From Macrostomum lignano (taxonomy: Eukaryota): a stretch of DNA of 64,000 bases. The notes beneath the pieces were generated by a model. That model was not told the DNA's origin, did not search any database, and was given only the letters and a program-made list of their open reading frames with translations. The DNA lies in contig NIVC01002485.1 of NCBI GenBank assembly GCA_002269645.1, forward strand, positions 62,001 through 126,000. Direction: 5' to 3'. Below are positions 11,865 to 23,649 of this stretch, piece after piece. The position numbers and the translations under genes are program-made. Within the stretch, counting starts at the first letter, position 1. Each line of letters starts with the position of its first letter.

Positions 11865-12957
11865 TAACGTTAGCGGCATAGACGAAGCAGACGTTCCAGT
11901 ATTACACTGTACATGTACGAGTATAATTGGCTCTAATTGTTTCTATTGATAATACTTTCTGCAGAGCCACTTTAAATCACATCCTTGATCAACAACGGAT
12001 CCGGAGCCCCCCTCCCAGGCTAAAGGCGACGGTGAGAAAGTCGGTGCCGCTGTACACCCTGTGTGAGCATATGCGTGCTCGGCGTCCTCAGCGCAGAGGG
12101 TAAACTGCCGCCCTTGATCTGCGGCAGTGCGTGAAGCTTCCCCTGCAAACTCCCGAGTAGCTAATTCGCTTACAACTTAGAAAGAAAGATGATAAATTTT
12201 GTTAATAGTTGCGGAGTAAAAGAGCCTCGATAAAATTATCGAGTGAAATGCCCTCCTTTGACAATTGCTAACCTTACTGTGAATGCCTGCCAAAATCTTT
12301 CTGTCATTTAATTGCATAGCGACGCGGTCGCGACACAAGGAAGCGGCAGCCGTGCCCAACACTCGCCAACACTCAGTGCCTGCATCGATCCGGGTGCCAG
12401 CTTGTCAGAGAAGATGAGAAATCCGCCCGAATCGCTATGCAGCGCCATCGATTCCCAGTGTGCCCCAGGGGGATGCTGCCGAATAATTTCTAGCCGCCCA
12501 GCGTCCAGCTGATTCTTTCTTGCTGTCGTCGCCCCCTCCCCCCCCCTGCGGCGCGGAATTAATGTCTGTTCTCCAAATATCTTCTTTTGAGCACAGCAAC
12601 AAAAGGAATCAAGTTTTTGCAATTGGAGATTCTAGCACAGATGGGGGAAAGGCTCGAGAAGAGTTGGTATTGGCTAAGCAATTCCCGCTTAATTAACTGC
12701 AGCCTGCTTCTCATGACGTGACGCCCCCGACTCAATCCAGCCTCCTGATTCCTCTTCATCGAGAACTGTCAAGCAAGCAGACTCAGGCCTCGGGGCGAAC
12801 TGACAAATCGTTTGTTAACAGTGCCTGTATTTTCTGGATGAGGCAAACTTCTCATCGTCTATGTCTGGTCTCCCCTATTTCAGTTTCCCTTCTTCATCTC
12901 TCCTTTTTTCTGCCCTTCCCGCTCTCTCTTCTGAGGTCTACTCACCCTTCAATATTC

Positions 12958-15087
12958 TCCTATCTCCCCTTGCTCCTCTTTCCCCCGCCCTACTCATCTC
13001 CCTTGCCTTCTTCTTTCCCCGCCCTACTCATCTCCCCTTGCTCCTCTTTCCCCGCCCTACTCATCTCCCTTGCTCCTCTTTCCCCCGCCCTACTCATCTC
13101 CCCTTGCTCCTTTTCCCCGCCCTACTCATCCCCCTTGCTCCTCTTTCCCCCGCCCTACTCATCCCCCTTGCTCCTCTTTCCCCCGCCCTACTCATCTCCC
13201 TTGCTCCTCTTTCCCCCGCCCTACTCATCTCCCCTTGCTCCTCTTTCCCCCGCCCTACTCATCTCCCCTTGCTCCTCTTTCCCCCGCCCTACTCATCTCC
13301 CCTTGCTCCTCTTTCCCCCGCCCTACTCATCTCCCCACTCTATTTATCTCCCCACTCTACTCATCTCCTCACTCTACTCATCTCCCCACTCTACTCATCT
13401 CCTCACTCTACTCATCTCCCCACTCTACTCATCTCCCCACTCTACTCATCTCCTCACTCTACTCATCTCCCCACTCTACTCATCTCCTCACTCTACTCAT
13501 CTCCCCACTCTACTCATCTCCCCACTCTACTCATCTCCTCACTCTACTCATCTCCCCACTCTACTCATCTCCCCACTCTACTCATCTCCTCACTCTACTC
13601 ATCTCCCCACTCTACTCATCTCCCCCTCTACTCATCTCCCCACTCTACTCATCTCCCCACTCTACTCATCTCCCCACTCTACTCATTTCTCCACTCTACT
13701 CATCTCCCTACTCTACTCATCTCCCCACTCTACTCATCTCCCCACTCTACTCATCTCCCCACTCTACTCATCTCCCCTTGCTCCTCTTTCCCCCGCCCTA
13801 CTCATCTCCCCACTCTACTCATCTCCCCACTCTACTCATCTCCCCACTCTACTCATCTCCTCACTCTACTCATCTCCCCACTCTACTCATCTCCCCACTC
13901 TACTCATCTCCTCACTCTACTCATCTCCCCACTCTACTCATCTCCCCACTCTACTCATCTCCTCACTCTACTCATCTCCCCACTCTACTCATCTCCCCAC
14001 TCTACTCATCTCCCCACTCTACTCATCTCCCCACTCTACTCATCTCCCCACTCTACTCATCTCCCCACTCTACTCATCTCCCCACTCTACTCATCTCCCT
14101 ACTCTACTCATCTCCCCACTCTACTCATCTCCCCACTCTACTCATCTCCCCACTCTACTCATCTCCCCACTCTACTCATTTCTCCACTCTACTCATCTCC
14201 CCACTCTACTCATCTCCCCACTCTACTCATCTCCCCACTCTACTCATCTCCCCACTCTACTCATCTCCTCACTCTACTCATCTCCCCACTCTACTCATCT
14301 CCCCCTCTACTCATCTCCCCACTCTACTCATCTCCCCACTCTACTCATCTCCCCACTCTACTCATCTCCCCACTCTACTCATTTCTCCACTCTACTCATC
14401 TCCCCCTCTACTCATCTCCCCACTCTACTCATCTCCCCACTCTACTCATCTCCCCACTCTACTCATCTCCCCACTCTACTCATTTCTCCACTCTACTCAT
14501 CTCCCTACTCTACTCATCTCCCCACTCTACTCATCTCCCTACTCTACTCATCTCCCCACTCTACTCATCTCCCCACTCTACTCATCTCCCCACTCTACTC
14601 ATCTCCCCACTCTACTCATCTCCCCACTCTACTCATCTCCCCACTCTACTCATCTCCCTACTCTACTCATCTCCCCACTCTACTCATCTCCCTACTCTAC
14701 TCATCTCCCCACTCTACTCATTTCTCCACTCTACTCATCTCCCCCTCTACTCATCTCCCCACTCTACTCATCTCCCCACTCTACTCATCTCCCCACTCTA
14801 CTCATCTCCCCACTCTACTCATTTCTCCACTCTACTCATCTCCCTACTCTACTCATCTCCCCACTCTACTCATCTCCCCACTCTACTCATCTCCCCACTC
14901 TACTCATCTCCCCACTCTACTCATCTCCCCACTCTACTCATCTCCCCACTCTACTCATCTCCCCACTCTACTCATCTCCCCACTCTACTCATCTCCCTAC
15001 TCTACTCATCTCCCCACTCTACTCATCTCCCTACTCTACTCATCTCCCCACTTTACTCATCTCCCCACTCTACTCACCACCCCACTC
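12958..15087. repeat. Pyrimidine-rich satellite: 34-bp units (to about 13330) grading into 17-bp units (CTACTCATCTCCCCACT)
   Basis: Direct tandem repeat; the three 690-800 aa ORFs are 17-aa periodic artefacts. Confidence 0.95.
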
Positions 15088-15653
15088 GACTCTATCCTCA
15101 TCAGATGCTAATTCCCAGGCCTGGCTCAATAGGGCAAAAGTGAAACAATAAAAGCTCAGACCTCGAACAAAAATATTGATTTGAACACGAGGGGTTGACC
15201 GAAAAGCAGAGCAAACAACCAATTTACTGTTCGTTCGGCTCTAACGTGAAATTTTTGTTATTTTGTAAAATCAGTCTCCAGATAGCTATATGTTAAGCGC
15301 GGAGCAAAAAAACACATATCTGATCATTTCTAGCTGAATAATAAATGAAACTGGAGTACACAAAGTGAAAGCAGAAATTAGGCACAAACTAATCATATGG
15401 AAAGGTAAAAACATGGACGAGAACTGTTCGGGATAGAAGCTTAGATTTTAGCAGAATTTGTTATTCTAGAACTAGAATAGCAGAAACGAGACCCGAACTC
15501 TGACATATTTTAATATTAGCGCACAATTATCTAGAGCTACTACTAGTCCGAAACAAAATAGTAGCATATTATGATAGTTGAAGTAAACTTTAATTGTGAC
15601 CAAACAGAATTTTTTGATTGGTGTCTTTTTCATATCTCTAAAAGACATTCACA

Positions 15654-16155
15654 TCTGAGGACCTCATAGGTTTGGCTATAGTCCAGTCTAAGGACCACAT
15701 AGGTTTAGCTAGTTAGTCCAGTCTGAGGATCTCATAGATTTGGCTAATTAGTCCAGTCTGAGGACCTCATAGGTTTAGCTATACTCCAGTCTGAGGACCA
15801 CATAGGTTTAGTTATACTCCAGTCTGAGGATCTCATAGATTTGGCTAATTAGTCCAGTCTGAGGACCTCATATTAGGTTTGGCTAGTTCAGTCTGGGGAC
15901 CTCATAGGTTTGGCTGATTAGTTCAGTCTGAGGACCATATAGATTTGGCTAATTAGTCCAGTCTGAGGATCTCATAGATTTGGCTAACTAGTCCAGTCTG
16001 AGGACCTCGTAGTAGGTTTGGCTAATTAGTTCAGTCTGAGGACCTCATAGTAGGTTTGGCTAATTAGTTCAGTCTGAGGACCTCATAGGTTTGGCTAATT
16101 AGTCCCGTCTGAGGACCTCATAGTAGGTTTGGCTAATTAGTCCAATCTGAGGACC
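15654..16155. repeat. About 35-bp minisatellite (CTGAGGACCTCATAGGTTTGGCTAATTAGTCCAGT) downstream of ATE1
   Basis: About 14 variant tandem copies. Confidence 0.9.
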
Positions 16156-16245
16156 CTCTCATAAATAAAATGGAACACACGCCAGCAAGATCACAGCCAG
16201 TTTGAAGAATTCAATGCAAATTGAGCAGGCAAATCAGTGACACCA

Positions 16246-16471
16246 TCAGCAGAACCGGACTCTGATCCGGCGGGCGCACTCGGGCCCGACAAGGCGAGCG
16301 AATTCAGCGGCCAGTTCGGCCAGCATGGCCAGCAGGGATGGCCGGCCGGACAGCATTCTCTCCATCTGGCTGTACGGCATGAAATTGGCGCTGCCATGGC
16401 CGAGGGCCACCTGGAGCTCCGAGACTGGCACCGGGGCCGAGATAGCGTCCGGAACGTCGGATGGGGCAAAT
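16246..16471 (-). CDS. ATE1: ATE1 exon 6 (last coding exon)
   Basis: Acceptor CGCAG| phase 2 joins GYCR/FAPSD; ends AEFARLVGPECARRIRVRFC*, matching the ATE1 C-terminus pattern. Confidence 0.85.
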
Positions 16472-16504
16472 CTGCGGCGAATGAGTTGATTGGATGATCA
16501 ATGA

Positions 16505-17300
16505 GTCAAATTCTCAAGGTCAAAGGTTGCCCCAATAAATCATCTCAAGGCCGAAGGTTGCCCCAATAAATCATCTCAAGGCCGAAGGTTGCCCTAATAA
16601 ATCATCTCAAGGTCAAAGGTTGCCCCAATAAATCATCTCAAGGCCGAAGGTTGCCCCAATAAATCATCTCAAGGCCGAATGTTGCCCTAATAAATCATCT
16701 CAAGGCCGAAGATTGTCCTAATAAATCATATTAAGGTCGAATGGATTTTCCATAATCATTATTCAAAATCTCAAAATCGAATGGATTTTCCATAATCATT
16801 AATAAAAATCTCAAAGTCAAATTGATTTTTCATAATCATTAATTAAAATCTCAAGGTCAAATGGATTTTCCATAATCATTATTCAAAATCTCAAGGTCGA
16901 ATGGATTTTCCATAATCATTATTCAAAATCTCAAAGTCAAATTGATTTTTCATAATCATTAATTAAAATCTCAAGGTCAAATGGATTTTCCATAATCATT
17001 AATAAAAATCTCAAGGTCAAATGGATTTTTCATAATCATTAATTAAAATCTCAAGGTCAAATGGATTTTCCATAATCATTAATTAAAATCTCAAGGTCAA
17101 ATGGATTTTTCATAATCATTAATTAAAATCTCAAGGTCAAATGGATTTTCCATAATCATTAATTAAAATCTCAAGGTCAAATGGATTTTCCATAATCATT
17201 AATTAAAATCTCAAGGTAAAATGGATTTTCCATAATCATTAATCAAAATCTCAAGGTCAAATGGATTTTCCATAATCATTAATCAAAATCTCAAGGTCGA
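16505..17300. repeat. Adjacent 31-bp (TCAAGGCCGAAGGTTGCCCCAATAAATCATC) and 40-bp (TCAAGGTCAAATGGATTTTCCATAATCATTAATTAAAATC) minisatellites in ATE1 intron 5
   Basis: Direct tandem repeats, switch at about 16735. Confidence 0.92.
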
Positions 17301-17708
17301 AGATGTCAAGGCTTAAGGGGGAAATTGCGTGGGTGTCAAGGCAAATAGGATTCACATAGATAATTTTTCTCTCTTGCTTTTTGGATGCACTAGATTGCTA
17401 GTCCATATACTAAAAATGGTCGAAGATTTCCCCGAAAAAAATCATTTCAAGGTCAGGAGAAATACCATTATCATTAACAACAATCTCAGGGTAGAATATT
17501 TTTCCATAACTAATCGTCTCAATGTCGGGAAATTTCCATAATAAAGCACTTCAAAGTCGGGTATTTTTCATTATAAAAAGTTTCAAGCTGTGGCTCATTT
17601 AATAGCGTACGAGATCTAAGGTGAACTTTTACAGGAGTAAATAAGAATCTCGTTACATCTAATACAGGTCTGAATTAATGATTGAGGCTTTATAAATACA
17701 AGCATTAC

Positions 17709-18416
17709 CTGCAGTAGCCGCTGAGATCGAGTTTAGGCGCGCACACGGTTTGCAAACAGTGCCAGGTGTAAGTCTCCGGGCAGAGCAATTCGGAGCCTTC
17801 AAAAGCGCCTTTGTAACGCATCTTGACGCAGTCGTGAATATAATAGCCCATGCAGTAGTGCGGCAGGCCCAGCTGTTTAGTTAATTGAATTTCGCGCAGG
17901 GCCGCATAGGTGCCCAGATTGAGCCAGGCATAGTCAGGATCGTAAAATACGTACACAGACGAGGTGCAGTCGGGCAGGATGTCAACAACGCCAACCATGA
18001 TCAGGCGGTTCTCCGGCTCAAGCCAATACTGCTGATGAAACGAGCCGATCCAGCGATTGTTGCGTTTAGCATAGACCAGCGGCGACTTGCACAAGAATCG
18101 ATAGAACTGCCGGTAGTCGCAATCGGCCTTGGAGTCGCCGTGAATGCGCATCTGGTAGCGTTCGTAGAGCGAATGCTCCGACTTGCTGTCGAATTCTCGT
18201 TTAGCGCTTGGCAGCAGTACGACCCGCAGCCGGTGCTTGGCCTCGGCCGGCGGCTGCAGCATCTGGTCCAGCGATTTCGGCGCCCTGGCCGCGGCACGAG
18301 CTGCCCGACGAGCTCTGTAGGCTGACAGCGTCGCTTTCAGACTGGTCTCGGGATCCGCGCCGTCGCCAGAGGCGGCCGCCGCTGCCGCTGCCGTTGCTCG
18401 AAGCTTTTTCAGCCGC
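17709..18416 (-). CDS. ATE1: ATE1 exon 5 (C-terminal GNAT-like domain)
   Basis: GSFHQQYW, VGVVDILP, SSVYVFYDPDY, LGTYAALREI, GYYIHDCVKMRYKG, LLCPETYTW are diagnostic of ATE1; ACCAG| acceptor and |GTAATG donor. Confidence 0.96.
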
Positions 18417-18579
18417 CTGGTAAATTTTTTTGTTTATTTTAAAACAAATACATATTATACTACTATAAAAGCAGCTAGCTATAGTAGGCATGAAGAGTAT
18501 TTTGAAAGAACTATTTGCCCATCATCCTCTAGATAAGTAAATAAGACGGGCTTGGAGATCTTGGTGAAAAAAAAATATT

Positions 18580-18985
18580 CTGAATATCCATGAGACTAAT
18601 CTGAATATCCATGAGACTAATCTGAATATCCATGAGACTAATCTGAATATCCATGAGACTAATCTGAATATCCATGAGACTAATCTGAATATCTATGAGA
18701 CTAATCTGAATATCCATGAGACTAATCTGAATATCCATGAGACTAACTTGAATATCCACGAGACTAATCTGAATATCCATGAGACTAATCTGAATATACA
18801 TGAGACTAATCTGAATATCCATGAGACTAATCTGAATATCCATGAGACTAATCTGAATATCCATGAGACTAATCTGAATATCCATGAGACTAACCTGAAT
18901 ATCCATGAGACTAACCTGAATATCCATGAGACTAACCTGAATATCCATGAGAACAATCTGAAGATTCATAAGACTAATCTGAAGA
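18580..18985. repeat. 21-bp minisatellite (CTGAATATCCATGAGACTAAT) in ATE1 intron 4
   Basis: About 19 tandem copies. Confidence 0.95.
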
Positions 18986-19031
18986 TCAGAATCTTTAGGT
19001 CACGAGGCAAATAATTGATAAAAACTCTAAC

Positions 19032-19249
19032 CTTTCCCAGCGTTTCTGGCGCGCTTTGCCAAGCCGAAGGCGCCCGCGACCCGAAACGGCGCCATCTTCC
19101 AGCGCTGCCAGATCGGCTTCGCCGGCGCCGACTTTAGCGCCGCCCCCAACGTCGCTACCAACAGGAGGTAGCGACGACGCCGACGCTCCAGCCGAAGCGG
19201 CCGCCGTGGTTTCAACAGTACGAGATTCGCCTATGTTACTATTGTTGGC
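19032..19249 (-). CDS. ATE1: ATE1 exon 4 (low-complexity linker ending GKARQKRWER)
   Basis: GTCAG| acceptor phase 0 and |GTTAGA donor phase 2; open and in phase with both neighbouring exons. Confidence 0.8.
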
Positions 19250-19324
19250 CTGACGGAAGTATGGTGCTTAGTGTACTTTATTACGAGTATTAATGAATGA
19301 AACATTCGATCTGAATCACGTACT

Positions 19325-20178
19325 AGAGAGCTGTGATTCTTAATTGGGGATAACAGAGAGCTGTGATTCTTAATTGGGGATAACAGAGAGCTGCGTTTCT
19401 TAATTGGGGATAACAGAGAGCTGTGATTCTTAATTGGGGATAACAGAGAGCTGTGATTCTTAATTGGGGATAACAGAGAGCTGCGATTCTTAATTGGGGA
19501 TAACAGAGAGCTGCGATTCTTAATTGGGGATAACAGAGAGCTGTGATTCTTAATTGGGGATAACAGAGAGCTGTGATTCTTAATTGGGGATAACAGAGAG
19601 CTGCGAGTGCGATTCTTAATTGGGGATAACAGAGAGCTGTGATTCTTAATTGGGGATAACAGAGAGCTGTGATTCTTAATTGGGTATAACAGAGAGCTGT
19701 GATTCTTAATTGGGGATAACAGAGAGCTGTGATTCTTAATTGGGGATAACAGAGAGCTGTGATTCTTAATTGTGGATAACAGAGAGCTGTGATTCTTAAT
19801 TGGGGATAACAGAGAGCTGTGATTCTTAATTGGGGATAACAGAGAGCTGTGATTCTTAATTGGGGATAACAGAGAGCTGTGATTCTTAATTGGGGATAAC
19901 AGAGAGCTGTGATTCTTAATTGGGGATAACAGAGAGCTGTGATTCTTAATTGGGGATAACAGAGAGCTGTGATTCTTAATTGGGGATAACAGAGAGCTGT
20001 GATTCTTAATTGGGGATAACAGAGAGCTGTGATTCTTAATTGGGGATAACAGAGAGCTGTGATTCTTAATTGGGGATAACAGAGAGCTGTGATTCTTAAT
20101 TGGGGATAACAGAGAGCTGTGATTCTTAATTGGGTATAACAGAGAGCTGTGATTCTTAATTGGGGATAACAGAGAGCT
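19325..20178. repeat. 30-bp minisatellite (TTCTTAATTGGGGATAACAGAGAGCTGTGA) in ATE1 intron 3
   Basis: About 28 highly homogeneous copies. Confidence 0.95.
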
Positions 20179-20304
20179 ACTCTTTCAGGAGCTATTGTAC
20201 GCACTAGAGGGTGATAACAAAAAACCGAACAAAATGCTGGTACTATCCGAGGGTAGCAAATGTACAACAAACAAGCTAAAAAGTGAGTTTAGTCTTTGAC
20301 AAAC

Positions 20305-20509
20305 CTGTCTGGAGGCGGTAGCAGCTGAAGCACCTGTTGCAGCTTTATTATTAGCCTTTGGCGTTTCGCCGCTGCGCAGGAATTCGTTCATTCGACGTAG
20401 GACTCGCCGATGCGAGCGGCTCAGTCGGTAGCGACCGACATCGCAGCGAATTGTGTACTGCGGACAGCAGATCTCCCGCATTACGGGCTTGTAACAGTAA
20501 TCGCCCGAC
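20305..20509 (-). CDS. ATE1: ATE1 exon 3
   Basis: SGDYCYKPVMREICCPQYTIRC is the conserved ATE_N motif; CTCAG| acceptor and |GTTTGT donor. Confidence 0.92.
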
Positions 20510-20587
20510 CTGAGAGCCAATTCATTGAGTTTCTTTATGCTTTTTTATACTTAAAACTGATTGTGCATCTATTTTTCTATTGCAACC

Positions 20588-21240
20588 CTGATGGATCGGG
20601 GGAAGCGGCACCACCTGAAGGATCGGGGTAGCGGCACCACCTGAAGGATCGGGGGTAGCGGCAATTGCTGAATTATCAGGGGTAGCGGCACTCCCTGAAG
20701 GATCGGGGTAGCGGCACTCCCTGAAGGATTGGGGGTAGTGGCAATTGCTGAATTATCGGGGTAGCGGCACTCCCTGAAGGATCGGGGTAGTGGCAATTGC
20801 TGAATTATCGGGGTAGCGGCACTCCCTGAAGGATCGGGGGTAGCGGCACTCCCTGAAGGATCGAAGGTAGTGGCACTCCCTGAAGGATCGGGGGTAGTGG
20901 CAATTGCTGCAGGATCGGGGGTAGTGGCATGTGGCAATTGCTGCAAGATCGGGGGTAGCGGCACTCCCCGAAGGGATCGGGGGTAGCGGCACGCCCTGAA
21001 GGATCGGGGGTAAGTGGCACGCCCTGAAGGATCAGGGGTAGTGGCACGCCCTGAAGGATCGGGGGTAAGTGGCACGCCCTGAAGGATCGGGGGTAAGTGG
21101 CACGCCCTGAAGGATCGGGGGTAGTGGCACGCCCTGAAGGATCGGGGGTAGTGGCACTCCCTGAAGGATCGGGGGTAGTGGCACTCCCTGAAGGATCGGG
21201 GGCAGCGGCACTCGGTGAAGGATCAGGGGTAGCAGCACCC
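20588..21240. repeat. 26-28-bp GC-rich minisatellite (CCTGAAGGATCGGGGGTAGTGGCACTC) in ATE1 intron 2
   Basis: Direct tandem repeat with variants. Confidence 0.92.
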
Positions 21241-21299
21241 CCTTATGGATTGGGGTTAGTGACTAGCAGCAACCCACAGTGGATACAATATGTCCTTAC

Positions 21300-21363
21300 C
21301 GCCTCCATCCTCGAAACATAAGACTCTGGTAGTCCTTAGTAGTGAGTGTGGAAAAAGAGGCGC
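21300..21363 (-). CDS. ATE1: ATE1 exon 2
   Basis: ASFSTLTTKDYQSLMFRGWRR joins SGD to form the DYQxLxxRGWRRSG motif; TTTAG| acceptor and |GTAAG donor. Confidence 0.92.
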
Positions 21364-21465
21364 CTAAAATTCGAGAAAGATTAGTCCATTTGCTTTCTAT
21401 TATTGTAATAGAATGAAAATGTCATTAGCATCAGAATAGCACAGTTGAAATATGAGCAAAATTAC

Positions 21466-21559
21466 CATGTGTGCAGCGCGACTTCTGTTTTTTGCCTTCA
21501 CAATAACCACAGTGGTAGGACTCTTGCTCCCCATGGTAGGTGCATTCACTATAGCTCAT
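21466..21559 (-). CDS. ATE1: ATE1 exon 1 (start codon)
   Basis: MSYSECTYHGEQESYHCGYCEGKKQKSRCTH contains the conserved CGYC; |GTAAT donor phase 1; total CDS 1515 nt = 504 aa. Confidence 0.88.
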
Positions 21560-23649
21560 GCTGTACTATTTAATTAATTAACTGAAATTGTAGAGATATG
21601 GAATATATGCTTAAAGTAAATAAGCTAGGAAAAAGCAAAATAGTTCCAATCTTAATAATTACAAAATGGGATTGGGAGTGATTAGAATAAATAGTCTCTC
21701 CCTAAGGCCACTTCTAAGTCAATCCAATTAACTATACCAGAGTCAAGTAACAACAAACAATATGACACTAGCAATGTATCTTTAGCACCTAGCAGTGAAT
21801 GGGTGACCAATTCTTAGATAGACTTATATGGGAATATACCAATTGTCATGCCCAGGTTTCAATTAGAAAAGGCTCCTTTTTTGAAGCCAGCCACCTCTTA
21901 GTACACTAGTTGCTAGATATCTTATTTAGTGATAGGCTATAGAAATAAAGCAGGGTGAATGCCAACTGGCAAAACTTGTCTAATATATGTGTCTAGTAGG
22001 CCTACCTCATTGATCATCCAGTGGAACAACTGGAGCTTGGTAGTCTCAGCAGAGAAGTAGATATAGATAAGTCCTATTTCTTTCATCAAAAGTATCACCA
22101 AGATATACATTAGCCTAGTTGTGGGTACTTGATATGGCTGAGCAATGAGCATAATGCTAATAAGTGTGTCATGATTCTTTTGTTGATTGTATAGCTATAA
22201 TGCTACTACTATTGATTTATTGCCATGTTTTTCCTGTCATATATATAATCATTAATGGATAACAAGTATATATATACAGCTTTATAATTACAATATTGTT
22301 AGCCATTGCTTTGTCTTATTCAATTTGCAAGATCTAACTGTATAGGCCTATACAAATCTCATCAAAGGGACATAGGTATACTATAAGGCAAAGTTCTAAG
22401 CTATGCATGATATAAGTCAAGCCATATTTAAGTTGCATCTCAGAGTTTATATAGCATTAAATGTACCCTTAATATGTTTTTGGCAATATGCTCTCTTGGA
22501 TTCATGGATTGCATATTATTATCCTTTTCAATTGACTTGAGCTAAGCTAAATTACATAAGTTAAACTAAACTATAAAATTAAAACTCTAATAAGTTATTC
22601 ATTTCAAATTCTATCATTAACCTTTTGAGGACCATAGAAAATTGTTGTTTTAAGTTTTTTTAGCATTAGAAAGGCCCTGGAACATTATTTTATTGTTTTC
22701 CATTGTTTTATATTACAACTATTTCATTTTAAAAAAAAAATCTTTGTAAATGAAAGGCAAAAATTAAAATTGCCCAAAATATGCGGCATTGCCATAGGCC
22801 TAAACCTAGTCAAATAATTTTAATTAAAAAAATGATTTTGAAAATCTTTGTAAATATACAGAATATAATAGCCTATAGTATAGTATAAGTTTTATCTACT
22901 GTTATATAATCAAATCCAAAGTTTTAAAAGCATTTGAAAAATATTAAAAAATATATTTCAATACCACTTATCAGTATCAGAATCAGTCATTAGTAGATAT
23001 GACATAATGAAGACAGGGCTAGCTGTATCTGTCTATTTTTACTATTTTTTATTTAATGAACACTTAGGCCCTATTAGTTACCACTAGTACACTAGACTTC
23101 CTATAGTCACTATTTACTTTTAATTAATAGTGAAGAAAGCAAAAAAGCAATTTTAAGTTCACTGAGCTAGAGATATGAATAGAAAATTAAAAAATACACT
23201 ATCAATGACAAAAAATGTATGCAAACTTTAAAGCAAAAAATTGGCTATGACTCTCTCTATGTAAGAAATATGCTATGGATTTTTTCAATTTTCTTTTTAT
23301 ATTGATTTCCAGGAATGAGCACGAAAACTCAAAACGTTCAAAATTGTCACGTCGTACATTGCATTGAAAATTAAGATCTGTTTATATGTAAATGAAAATT
23401 TTCGATGCTAGAGATGTTTCGAAACACATACACAACAAGGTTTTTATTAATAATGATTTCGCCAAGGTTTCCCGCGTTTACCCTGTTTGCCGGCTGTTTT
23501 ATCGTTAGTTGTTGTTATGAAATTAAATTATACTCATTCATCATGGTAGTTGCAGAAGTATTCCTACAATATATTTTGCAGATTTTGTTGCTGTGAAAAT
23601 AATGAAAGTTTGAAAAAGGACTCTATACAAGAAGCTTTCTAACTGCCAG

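Noticed and set aside
12718-15151. 700-800 aa Pro/Ser/Leu-rich ORFs
   Set aside because: 17-bp repeat artefact in three frames
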